From positions 277,078,001-277,142,000 of the forward strand of contig NC_067399.1 in the NCBI RefSeq assembly GCF_016432865.1: DNA of 64,000 nucleotides, read 5' to 3'. The notes below the pieces were generated by a model, which saw nothing but the letters and a program-made list of their open reading frames with translations, was not told where the DNA came from and made no database searches. A program made the translations under genes and the position numbers. Positions 27,257 through 38,300 of the stretch are shown in pieces (positions within the stretch are counted from its first letter, which is position 1; each line of letters begins with the position of its first letter). The DNA comes from Antechinus flavipes. Taxonomy: Eukaryota.

Positions 27257-30200
27257 CTAAGTAGTTTTCCTCTTCTTGGCAGATGGCCTTTCAAATACAT
27301 CTCGTACCCCAGCTGCTTTTTGTTTGAAGAACTTGGTGTTTTGGGCACTCTCTTGACCCCAAGCTGAATCAAAGGAAGTGGTATCTTGATCCACAAGATG
27401 GGTATATTTGGTTCTGCCTGATCGTCCAAAGTTCTTGACCTAAGGGGAGAGAAAACAACATTATATGCAGAAACTACACTCTACCCCTTAATATATTGAG
27501 TTCTCTACCACTTATGTCTCCCATACCTGCATAACTTTGGGAAGAATAGTCTTATTGAAATGATCCTCCAGGGTGGGGGCACTAAAATCTCTCTTGTATA
27601 CTTCTTCATCTTCATCCTGCAGGCAAGAAAAGGCCCACATTAGGACAACACATTCTACTTTCTAGTAAAACATTAATAACAGTAAATACATTTTAATAAG
27701 TATCACTATGGAAGGACAAAGAGGTTATTGCTTCTATTAAAGAGCTTACAAATTAACTTGGTAGGAACATAAACCAATAAATGAGGTAACATCTAAGCAG
27801 GTGATACGAATTACAGATTTTTTGGAAATTAAAAGAGAAAAGCAAAGATCACAGTGGGGTAGACTTAGTTTTAAGGGGACCTTGGTGGAAGACCTGATAT
27901 TTGGGTCAAGTACCCAAACAAAAATGAAAGTTTTCTTAGCACTTCTTTCTCTTTCCTGGTAAATATCTTTATTAAAGGCTCTAAGTAAGAGCAACAGCTG
28001 AAAAATTCTGGATTGTATAATAAATATAAGCAACTACCCTCAGGACCTAGGCCACTAGTTGGTGCAGTGGATAGAGTACCAGGTCTGGAATCAGGAGAAC
28101 TCATCCTGAGTTCTAATTCAGCCTCACACACTTAGTTGCTATATAACCATGGGCAACTCACTTAACTACCTAAGTTGCCTCTTCTTTAAAATGAGTTGGA
28201 GATTGAAATGGCAAACCAATGCAGCAGTTTTGCCAAAAAAAAAAAAAAAAAAATCTCATATGGGTCATGTATTGAACATGACTCAAATCATTTCACAACC
28301 TCAGGACTCAAATTTTCAGATTCCAAGAACTCCCAACTGTTCCTCAAGCATTTCCCCAAAAGCTAATCAGCTTAACCAGTTCTTTGTGAGTCACTTTTTG
28401 TCTATTGAAAAGTAATAAGCAAGTAAGGATGTATCGGAAAGAATTGCCTTTCATAACAGTATCAATACTTTTTAACCTTATTTAGCCCTGGCTTATTAGT
28501 AGAAAATCTGAGCATAGAAGCCTTACTCATTTTTTTATACCTCATAAAAATTGGTCCCATAATCTGGCTCTAATCATGGCAAAAACCCAATGGCTAGAAA
28601 AATGACAATGAAGCAACGTAGACTCAAATGCTGAAACTGATTTTGGAAGGGAAACAAGCTAACTTTCACTGAAACTCCTCCACTTGGTTTGAATAATGGT
28701 TGGAAAGGGTAAGTTTGGGTACAAATGGGACTGTTTAGGCTGTTGGAACACAAAATTCAAAGCTCTATTGTTCCATGTTACCCTTATAGAAAGCAATTTC
28801 TAAATTATATCTTATATGAATAACAGATCTGAAGACTGCCATTCCCTGTTTGGTTAGACCTGCTTCAGAAATGTGGCCATCGATAAAATACCATCTGACA
28901 CAGAGTCAACTCATTTGCTAATATGACTTTGTTCTTTACAAAGGGGAAAATGGTACTATGTCCCATAAAATTCATCCTTTTCTTTTTAATCTCAGAACTA
29001 TTTCTTGGCAGTTAAGAATGAGAGAAAATGGATCTCTGCCATTCAAAAGCTGTTTTTAGCCAGTTAATTTGTTCATGAAATCAAAACAACCTATTAGCAT
29101 GAAGTAAATCATTCTGATTTGATGGAAAGGCAAGTTTGTTCTAATTCTTTTAGGGTAGCTAGATGGCACAGTGGCTAGAGCACCAGCCCTGAAGTCAGGA
29201 GAATCTGAGTTCAAATCTGGTCTCAGACACTTAATACTTCCTAGCTGTGATCTCAGCTAAAAAAAAAAAAAAAAAAAAATTCACTGTCATTCCATTTAAT
29301 TAGTAGTTTTTTTCGGGTCTTTAGGACTAGTCTGGCACTATAATGCTATAGTAAGAGTTTTTTCTCTACTGAGTATTAAGTTTTGGAAGCAACCTCTTGT
29401 CCTCTCTGTTTAAAAAAAAAAAAAAAAAAAAAAAGACATGCCCTTTATCAACCACAAAAACTGACCACTGAGAAGGAAAGGATTATAAGTCTAGGGCTGG
29501 AAGGCACTTAACAGATCTTCTAGTTCACCTTATTTTACAGATGAGGAAACTGAGGAGTAGGGAAGGTAAATGACCTGGCTCAAGGTAGTACAGGAGGTAA
29601 GTACATGTCTATGGCTGGATTTGACCCAAGTCTCCAATTCCAAAGAGAGTGCTGTTTTCATTGTATTACAGGTCATACTTATGTTCACAGAGAAAACAGT
29701 TTTCCTGTTTTTTCCTCCTCTTTCCTCCTGTTCTCTTCTCCTTGCTTACCATAAAGAAAGCACCCCGATGATAGTACTTCTGCAAGAACTTGTATTTGCC
29801 CTTAACAGCTTTGTTGGTAATAACTTTGCCATTTGCTCGGAGTTCAGCTCGTCTTTCCTCTTCTGTCAGGTTTCGCATACGTTCAATCTCTGCTTTCTCC
29901 TTCTCGATCCTGTTCAAGGCAGAAAATTATCAGTGCTGCTCCAATATATTTTAAACTTTAAGATATGAAAATAAAAGAGTATTTACTCTTTTCCTCCAAG
30001 AAAGTTAGTCATACCTAGTCCCTGCCTTTGTTGAGCCAAGTTCCAAACTCAGATTTAGAAAATATTTATATGTCATAATAATTAGGTTACTGTGGAAAGA
30101 GATGCTCAAAAAGAGCGTTTGGGATTGTGTCTATCTGTAACACATTCCCTAGGATAATGGTTTCCAATGTTTTAAAATCAGTCTACCCTATTTATTATTT

Positions 30201-33200
30201 TATTTACAATATGCATTTTTCTTGTTCCTGAAAGAACATTTTTTTAATCAAAGTGAATTAAATTTAAATTTTTTTTTTAAGTATCATTATCACAAAGTCT
30301 AGTAGTTTAAGAATCAGTCCTCAAACTTTATTATCACTCCATGATTTGTTAAAATAATGGATATCAATACTTAGACTTTAGTCTTCTTTTTCCCCCCCTG
30401 AGGCAGCTGGGGTTAAATGACTTGCCGAGGGTCACACAGCTAGAAAGTGTTAAGTGTCAGACCAGATTTAAACTCAAGTCCTCCTGACTTCAGAGCTGGT
30501 GCTCAATCCACTGTACCACCTAGATGCCCAATACTTAAGACTCTGTAAGAGCCCCTGATGGGCTATGGAGTTATTGGCAAGGAGCCTTCACTCCATAAAT
30601 TAAGCAAACATTTTTTGCAGACATTATCTATCTATCCATCTTACTATTCTTCAAATGCTGTGACTAAAGACATTTCCTTTTTTTTTTTTTTTTTTTTGCT
30701 GAGGCAACTGGGTGAAGTGACTTGCCCAGGATCACATAGCTAGTTAGTGTTAAGTGTCTGAGACCATATTTCAACTCGGGTCCTCCTGAATTCAAGGCTG
30801 GTGCTCTATCCACTGCACCACCTAGCTGTCCCTAAAAACATTTAAAAAAAAAAAAGCATTATTGAATTCATAGTAACTTTGTGAGAAGAGGAATTTTTTT
30901 TTAATGTTAATAAGATATCTCCTTACACAAAAAGGTTACGAACCACTGCTCTAGAACAGAGTTAATCTGGGGTCTGTTACTTTGGTTTAAAAAAATTTTC
31001 TGATAACTATTTTACTATAATTGATTTCCCATGTAATCCTATGTCTTTTATTTTACACATTTAAAAATTTCCTGAGAAGAGACCTGCAGGATTCTTAGAT
31101 TGCCAAAGGGTTCTGTGGCACAAAAAAGTTTAGGACCCCTTACTGTAGTATGACTTGGAAACATAAAGGTTATAGTTAGATATTTAATGCCCTCCTTCAG
31201 TGGTTTGCTCATTTTCTCTGACTAATGTTCCTACAGTAGTGGTACACAAGAATAGGTCTCGATTTTTCTTGGACAAAATGTGCAGCAACTGTTGACAACA
31301 GGACACTAAGACCATAAGCCACTGTCCCACATCAAAATGGCAGCCCATCCTGTTACTCACGCTTCTCGATCCTCTCTGTCCCGTTTAATTCGTTTTAGCT
31401 CCCGAACTTTCCATGCCTCATATTCCTCCTCATCATTCTCATCATCTGTATTGAGTGCATCTAGGGCAGCCAAGGAACGTTTGTTTTCCTCTAGTTCCTT
31501 CTTTGTCTCCTCTTCCACAATCTATATAGATGAACAGTCAGTTCACAGTTCACAAATGATGAGGTAGTCTTCATGGGAAAACCCTAACTGTCCAGCCCTC
31601 TACCCAATGATTCTCTCTCTTTTTAAAATTACCCTTTTTTGAGAGGTAATTGGGATTAAATAATTTGCCCACAGTCACACAACTAGTAAATGTTAAGTGT
31701 CTGAGGCCGGATTTGAACTCAAGTCTTCCTGATTCCAGGGCTGGTACTCTATCCATTGCCCCATCTAGCTGCCCTCCCTCCCCCACCCAATGCTTCTCCA
31801 AAGACCCTATGTTGGCACCTTGAGGGTATACTTGCGCCTCTCCTCAGCCAGACGTTTTGCCTCCTGCTCCAATTCTTTCTGCTTCAGTGCTTCTGCCTCA
31901 CGCTCTTGAACTGTTACCCGGTCCTTCCTACAGTAACAAGATCTTATTAGTACCCTAAAACTTCTATGTATCAGCAGGCAGTTATTCTGAACCATATCTC
32001 ACCCTATCAAAGCCAAGTAATCCAAGCGTACCATTCCCTGCTGGAAGCAACACAGTCATTATGGGCCCTTGGAGAAGCAGTGCTTCATTGATCTTAGGAT
32101 GTTCAATACTTTGTTCAAGCAACTTGTAAATTGCTGGTCCTCAAGGAGTAGACACTCAGTTAGTAGTTAAGCTGAAGTAATGATGAATTAGGATACTTGG
32201 ATTTCTACCTAAATTTTGTCCACTAATGGTAAGAAACTTTGGATAACTCCAACTTTTCTCCAAACCTTCATAAAGATGAAAGTGAGGTGACTTTAGATGC
32301 AGGAATCCTTCTAACACTTTCCTCATTCATCCTAATGTTTTTTGAGCTTGTGGTGTATATATTTTGGCCTGTTGTTCCTCTAAGTCAGAGGATGAGGCTT
32401 CAAAAGGTTGGCACAGAATACTAGTCCTTCGTCTCCTGTTGTCCAAACCTGGAGAATTTTATAATTTCTTTCTTTTTTTCCCCTGAAGCAATTGGGGTTA
32501 AGTGATTTGCCCAGGATCACACAGCCAGGGAGTGTTAAGTGTCAGAGACCAGAGTTGAACTCAGGTCCTCTTGATTTCAGGGCTGGTGTTCTATCCGCTG
32601 CGCCACTTAGCTGCCCCTTGTACTTACTTTCGAATGAAGACTGGCTTGAGACGGGGTTCCATTTCATCCTCACTGTCTGTATATTCTTCATACTCAGACT
32701 CTGATTCTGATTCCTCACCAGAATGCCCTTCATCTTCCACTTCCATGACTTCCATTTCTTCATTTTTCCTTTCTTGTGCTCGCTGACGCATCATGCCACG
32801 CCGCCACTCAATTTCCTGTCAGGACCAAATCAAGTGGTCACCAACATGATCTTCACTTGCCCGTGATAGCTTCTATTCCCTGCCCATGCCCTTCCTTTAC
32901 CTCGTCATCAATTTCTTCTTCCTCTTCCTCACTACTGTCCTCTCGCTCCATTCGTCTTGCATCTCCTTCTACTTCAGAATCACTTTCTCCTACCACTTCA
33001 GGCTCTACTATTTTCCGATGCCGGGCCAATCTGCAAAAGAGAGTCACATCCTTTAATACATAGTATGTGAATGCCAACAATATTTTAAAGTGGGGACACA
33101 TATTTGCATTTCACCACCTATTCTGTGCCATCCTGATTTTTTAAAAACCAGACATGTGGTTTTCATCAACATAGGAAAAGCATGATGAGGAATTGTATCA

Positions 33201-34917
33201 GTGAAATATGGCAAATATTCTAAGCCTTAATTGTTTTGGAGCGCTCCCGGGAGCACTGAAAGATTAAATGATTTGCCCAGGGCTAAAAAATCAGTGATAT
33301 GTTTTATTTAAAGAATTTTTCCTTCCTCAACAGCTGGTGTGAACATCATTATTAACACCACTTCCACTAACCAAAGAGGAAACTGAGACAAAGAGAATAT
33401 ACAAAGCTTTACTCAAGGTTTCAGTGAGAAAATAGGCAATCAAGTTGATCTTAGGATGCACAAGCTTTAGGGTATGAAGCAGTAGCTTTTCCAAAAGCAT
33501 CTTTCTGGGCAATATTCCAGAATACATAAAGAACTTCGTTGACAGATTTTTTTGTTATATGTCCTTTATTTGTCCAAATCTTTATTTGTCCTAATCTAAA
33601 CAACAGCAATGTAATTACCTCCAACAACAAACAAGAACTACCTTCTTTCATTTTTCTTTTTAGTACTTTATTTTACCAATTCCATTTTTTATTTTTATTT
33701 TACTTTAGTGAGGCAACTGGGGATAAATAACTTACCCAGGGTCACACAGCTTGTAAGTGTTAAATATCTGAGTTTTTGAACTCAGGTCCTCCTGACTCCA
33801 AGGACAGTGCTCCATCTACTATGCCATATAACTGCCCCAACAATAACCTTTAAGTTAAGTGGATAAATAAATCATCATGATGAGTTCTCGTAATTCTTTA
33901 ATATTTCTGTTACACCTTATTTTTCTTCACTCAATCTTCTATTCCCTTAATAAGTTAATTAGGGTCCCAGGATAGGTTGTGTATGTACATATGTTTCATG
34001 ATTTTTTCTAGATCATATAGTACTTGAATGAGTTCAGATACAGGAGAGCACAGATCTGGCAATTACCTTTCTTCAACATCTTCATTGATGCGGTTTTGTA
34101 AACGCCGAAGCCGGGGATCGCTAGGTGAATCCTCTTCCTGTTCCTCAGGCTCTGCTTCTTGTTCCTTGGCTTTCTTAATGAATTGAAATTCTTCATCCTC
34201 CTCATCTGAGGATTCCATAGGCGCGTAGTCTGGTCTCTTGCCGGACACATAACGTTTTACCTTCACTTTCTCCATTGAAATCTCCCCTGAATGAGTAAAG
34301 TAGCTCATTAGATTCCAAAAGACTCTTTATAAAGACTTCTCCAATCCCCCAGGACTTTTTGTGAATTATTAATTGATTATGGTCACAACTACAACAAGAA
34401 AACTATGACATTAATTCTGTCTCTCTCTCTGAATCTCTAGTCTATTCTATTCATTTAATTTATTTATTACTTGTCTGCCAGCACTGTATTAGGTGAGAGG
34501 GGGGAGGGGGAAGATACATTTAGTTCATAGGATAAGAATTCCAGAAGGAACTCATAACTCAGGAGTTCTTAACCACAGACAGCTTAGTCAATATGGGCTT
34601 GGAGTAAGTAGGTAGCAAAGTGGATAGAGTACCAGCTCTGGAGTCAGGAGGACCTCAGACACTTAACACTTATTAGCTGTGTGAACCTAAGCAACTTATT
34701 AATCACGATGCTTTGGCAAGAACAAAAACAAAGACAAAAGGGATTTACTGAAGAGTTTTAGAAGCTTATACAACTAGTTCTATGCATAAAGAACATGTCT
34801 ATGAATTGTGTAAAGGATGGCTCCTGGTAGGACAGAGTGGAGGCTGGAAAATGTATTGGGAAACTCTTGAATAGCCTAAGCAGGAAGCATGGAGAGTCTG
34901 TACTGTACAATGGTAAT

Positions 34918-34954
<37 letters not shown>

Positions 34955-37914
34955 TAGGAGGAATATAGAGATGGAATTAACATGCCTTAATCTCTGATTG
35001 GCTATGAAGCTAAAAAAGTGTCAATAATATCATGATTTTGAACATAGGTAAATGGTGGTGGTATTGAAATAATGAAGTTGGGTAGAATAAGAGATTTAGG
35101 GAGAATGTTTGCTTTCAAATTTGTTAATCTAAAGCACAGATATTCTATTGACAGAAAGAGATATGTTTTCTTTCTGCTCAGGGCTGAAAACATGGACATT
35201 ATATGTGTACAGATAATGAATGAGATTGTTAGGTGAGAGACTGTAGAGAGAACAGAAGAGTGCTCAAAACAGTTGGTGAGGGAGATAAGGATTAGTAAAA
35301 GAATCAGAGAAGTAGTGATGTCTATTTCATCACAACAGAAGTGTGATGTTTCTGATAAGGGGAAGAAAGAATTATACAGGAGGGGACTGGCTAACTAGTA
35401 TGAATGTTGCAGAGTACTTAAGGAGGTGAAAACTAAATATTGTCATTTGATCTGGGGATTAGGAGTGGTCTTTGGGAGCGTAATTTTGACAAGCTGTAAG
35501 GATGTGGAAGTATGAGGTCAAAGCCAGAGTACCGCATTTCTAACTTGCTGCTAAACTTTCTACCAGCTCCTCAAACACAGTATGTTTAAAACTCAGGTGC
35601 ACCCCTGACTTTTATTATCATTCTGGCTTAAAACCTTAAAGTAGTCTTCAAGTCTTCCCTCTTCTTTGCTCATACCTTAAATCAGTAGCCAGGTCTTCAT
35701 AATTCTTCCTTCCTCAATATCTTTGGAATTCATCCCTTCCTTTCCGTTTTCACAACTCTAGTTCAAGCTTCTATCTGGACTGCCACAATTGTTTAATTGG
35801 CCTGCTTGCTTTAGTTTCTGACTGTTCCAATCCATTTATACACTGATCTGAATATCACTTTTCTCTCAATATCTTAGAACCTTAAGTGGTCATGCTTGAC
35901 TATTAAAATTTATATTTATTTTATAAAACTCCTGTTTCCAAAGTTACTAATAATCTCTCAGTTGCCAAATCCAACATCTTTTTGTAATCCTCATTTCTCC
36001 TTGATCTCTCTGAAACCTTTGACACTGTTGATCACTCTCCCTCCCTGATACTCTCCTCTTCTCTTCTTGGTTTTGGAGACACCACTTTCTCCTATCTATC
36101 TGACTGCTCCTTCTCTGTCTCCTTGCTTAATTCTCTTCCAGATCAAAATCCTTTAATTATAAATGTCCTTATATGTTTTGTCCTGGACCCTTTTCCATAC
36201 TTCACTTGTTAATCTCATCAGCTCCCATTAATTTAATTACTAATTTGTATGTTGATGATTCTCAAAACTATCTATTCTGCCCTAACCTCTCTGCTGATCT
36301 TCACTTTTGAATCTCTATCTTTCAGATATTTCAAATTAAGCGCAGTAGATACCTTAAACTCAAATTATGTTCAAAATGGAACCATATCTTTCCCCTAAAT
36401 CCTTAATCCTCTCTGCACCTCTGCCACTAATGTAGAAAGCAACACTATTTTCCCAGACTTTCAGGCGTGTAATCTAGGAGTTATTCTGGACTTCTTACAC
36501 TGCCTCACACCCTAACTCCCCGACACTAAGCTGATGCTAAGTAGATCTTTGCATATGGTCCCCTTCTCTCCAATGACATTATCAGCACCCTGCTGCCATC
36601 ATCACCTCACACATAGATTACTGCAATAACTACTGATGGGTTTGTCTGCCTCTTTCCCCCACCTTACTACTGTATCCTCCATTCAGCCACTAGTGATTTT
36701 TCTAAAGTGGAGGCCCAATCATTCCAGCCATCCCCTTATGCAAAACTCCAGTGGCTTCTTATTAACACCAGAATTAAATGGAAAATGTTGTCATTCAAAG
36801 CCCATCAGAATCTGTGCCCTCCCACTACCTTTACATCTTCTTACACCTTCCTCCCCAAAAAGTACTATTCAATTTAGTGACACTGGCATCCTAGTTATTA
36901 TAAGAACAAGACACTTTCTCTCTTAGCTCTAGGCATTTTTTTCCGACTTTCCTCACACCTGGAAGGCTCTTCCTTCTCTATTCTGACTACTGACCTCCTT
37001 GGCTTCTTTTAAGTCCCAATTAAAATGTCATCTTCTACAAGAAGCCTTTCCTAACCCCTCTTAATTCCGGTGCCTTTCCTCTGTCCATTATTTCCTATTT
37101 ATCCTGTATGTGGAATGTTTTGTGTTTATTTGTTTGCAAGTAGTCTCCTCCTTTAAATTGTAAATTTATGAGGTCAGGGATTGCTTTGGTCACTTTTTGT
37201 ATTCCCATGTTTTAGTAAGAGTGTCTGGCATATAACAGGGGGATTAATAAATGTTTATTCATTTACTGACAAGATCATAGCATGAATTATTCAATTCATC
37301 TCTCTCCTGCTGCCTTCTCTGATCATCTTACAGCAGAGGAGAGTCTCCCCTTCTCTCTTCTGCTACATTTAGGTTACATTGTTTTTATGACACTTCTCTA
37401 GTACCGTAGATATGATGTTCTTTCTCCCCCCGCCCCAACGAGACTCGAGTTTCCTCTGCGGTGGGATCCTCTCCTTTCTAAGTGTGCACACTGCACAGCT
37501 CCTTTTATAAAAACCTAGACGATCGACGACCATTTGCAGAATGAGGGGAGAAAGAAGGCGGGGTGACTCCCCTGCGTTGAGGGCCACAGACTTGGCACGG
37601 TGGAGTGGGAGGTTTGGGAGGAGAGTTGACAACATAAGTACGTGGGGCTCAGGAAATTGATGATGAGAAACTTAAAGTGGTTACGTTGGGTTTCTGAGGA
37701 AAACTAGAAGTTCTGGCTTCCGGTCAAGGAGGCTGACAGAGGAGGGAACGAGGGGTCCTGAGATACCGGAGGGCTGGGGAAGTGAGGAAGCACTGCCAGT
37801 CGGAAAACCCAGCGGGGAGGGTCTAGGCCCCTTACCTTTCTCATTGCGAACTGGGACGGCCCCAGCCGTGGAATGAATGGGGGGCTGCTTCATGAGGGCG
37901 CTTGGGACCGACAT
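27257..37914 (-). CDS. MFAP1: Microfibrillar-associated protein 1 (spliceosome B-complex factor), 9 coding exons, 439 aa
   Basis: Exons (minus) 37914-37836, 34286-34067, 33030-32901, 32815-32628, 31927-31819, 31521-31361, 29909-29750, 27616-27527, 27439-27257, total 1320 nt. [48 protein letters not shown]...[10 protein letters not shown]...[11 protein letters not shown]-stop. Confidence 0.98.
28043..28290 (+). mobile_element. MAR1-like SINE in MFAP1 intron 7
   Basis: tRNA-like head ggtgcagtggatagagtaccaggtctggaatcagg, CORE, and tail aaatggcaaacc...tttgccaaaa. Confidence 0.65.
29153..29279 (+). mobile_element. WSINE1-like short SINE with a 21-nt poly(A) tail
   Basis: gggtagctagatggcacagtggctagagcaccagccctgaagtcaggagaatctgagttcaaatc..., followed by the A-run 29259-29279. 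Confidence 0.75.
30378..30529 (-). mobile_element. WSINE1-like SINE with probable TSD
   Basis: Reverse copy flanked by caatacttagact (30365-30377) and caatacttaagact (30529-30542). Confidence 0.7.
30676..30831 (-). mobile_element. WSINE1-like SINE with poly(A) and a 12-bp TSD
   Basis: T-run then reverse SINE; flanks ctaaagacattt (30664-30675) and ctaaaaacattt (30832-30843). Confidence 0.78.
30870..31142. mobile_element. Remnants of hAT/Charlie (MER5/MER58-like) MITEs
   Basis: End motif aaggttacgaaccactg followed by ctctagaa (NTCTAGAN target), and a second element ending aagtttaggacccct. Confidence 0.4.
31636..31775 (-). mobile_element. WSINE1-like SINE in MFAP1 intron 5
   Basis: Reverse copy ...gtgtctgaggccggatttgaactcaagtcttcctgattccagggctggtactctatccattgccccatctagctgccc. 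Confidence 0.75.
32472..32617 (-). mobile_element. WSINE1-like SINE starting about 10 nt into MFAP1 intron 4
   Basis: On the minus strand: exon|gtaagtacaa ggggcagctaagtggcgcagcggatagaacaccagccctg... Confidence 0.78.
33700..33838 (-). mobile_element. WSINE1-like SINE in MFAP1 intron 2
   Basis: Reverse copy gaggcaactggggataaataacttacccagggtcacacagc...gaactcaggtcctcctgactcc...actgcccc. Confidence 0.7.
34600..34716 (+). mobile_element. WSINE1-like SINE in MFAP1 intron 1
   Basis: gtggatagagtaccagctctggagtcaggaggacctcagacacttaacacttattagctgtgtgaacc... Confidence 0.7.
34921..34951 (+). repeat. Poly(A) homopolymer, 31 nt
   Basis: Seen directly. Confidence 0.85.
35560..37270 (+). mobile_element. 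Ancient LINE-2-like element, 3' portion, degenerate
   Basis: C/T-rich L2 ORF2 remnants and a typical L2 3' end (ttgtaaatttatgaggtcaggg...tttgtattccca...tggcatataacagg...aataaatgtttattcatt). Boundaries approximate. Confidence 0.55.
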
Positions 37915-38300
37915 GATGGCAATAGCGGGAGTACAGGCTGCAGTACCCGAATCAGAGAAGCAAAACAGTCAACACAGAAAACGTAAACGACCTCTTCTTC
38001 ACTCCTCCGGATGTAGCAACGAGTTCAAGAGGAGAGGAATCGGATATACATGGTAGAGAGCCCGACTGGTGGATTCTGGGATCGTGGATGACTTAAGGGG
38101 ACGGTCCTGGGAGGCGAGTCACGCGCTGCTTATGCGCAGGCGTCGGATCACGTGACCACACCTCAGGGCGGTGCCTGAGACTGTGGGCGGGAAATTCGCT
38201 TTTTCCCGAAGGCCCCTTATCTTTTCTCTCGTGAGTTCGGACGAAGGGAGCAGAAATCTGAGGTGAGAGTTTGGATGTCTGAAAGAAGTATGTCGGTGAG
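37700..38300. promoter_or_regulatory. MFAP1 CpG promoter with a divergent side toward WDR76
   Basis: ETS-type CCGGATGT 38007-38014; NRF1-like TGCGCAGGCG 38133-38142; TCACGTGA E-box 38148-38155; E2F site GGCGGGAAA 38186-38194. Confidence 0.72.

Noticed and set aside
34921-34951. 31-nt poly(A) as the tail of a processed pseudogene
   Set aside because: No recognisable mRNA-derived sequence or TSD upstream; it lies within degenerate LINE-like sequence.
37658-37697. TGATGA ... CTGA pair resembling a C/D box snoRNA
   Set aside because: Only about 40 nt long, no terminal stem, and antisense to the host MFAP1 intron.
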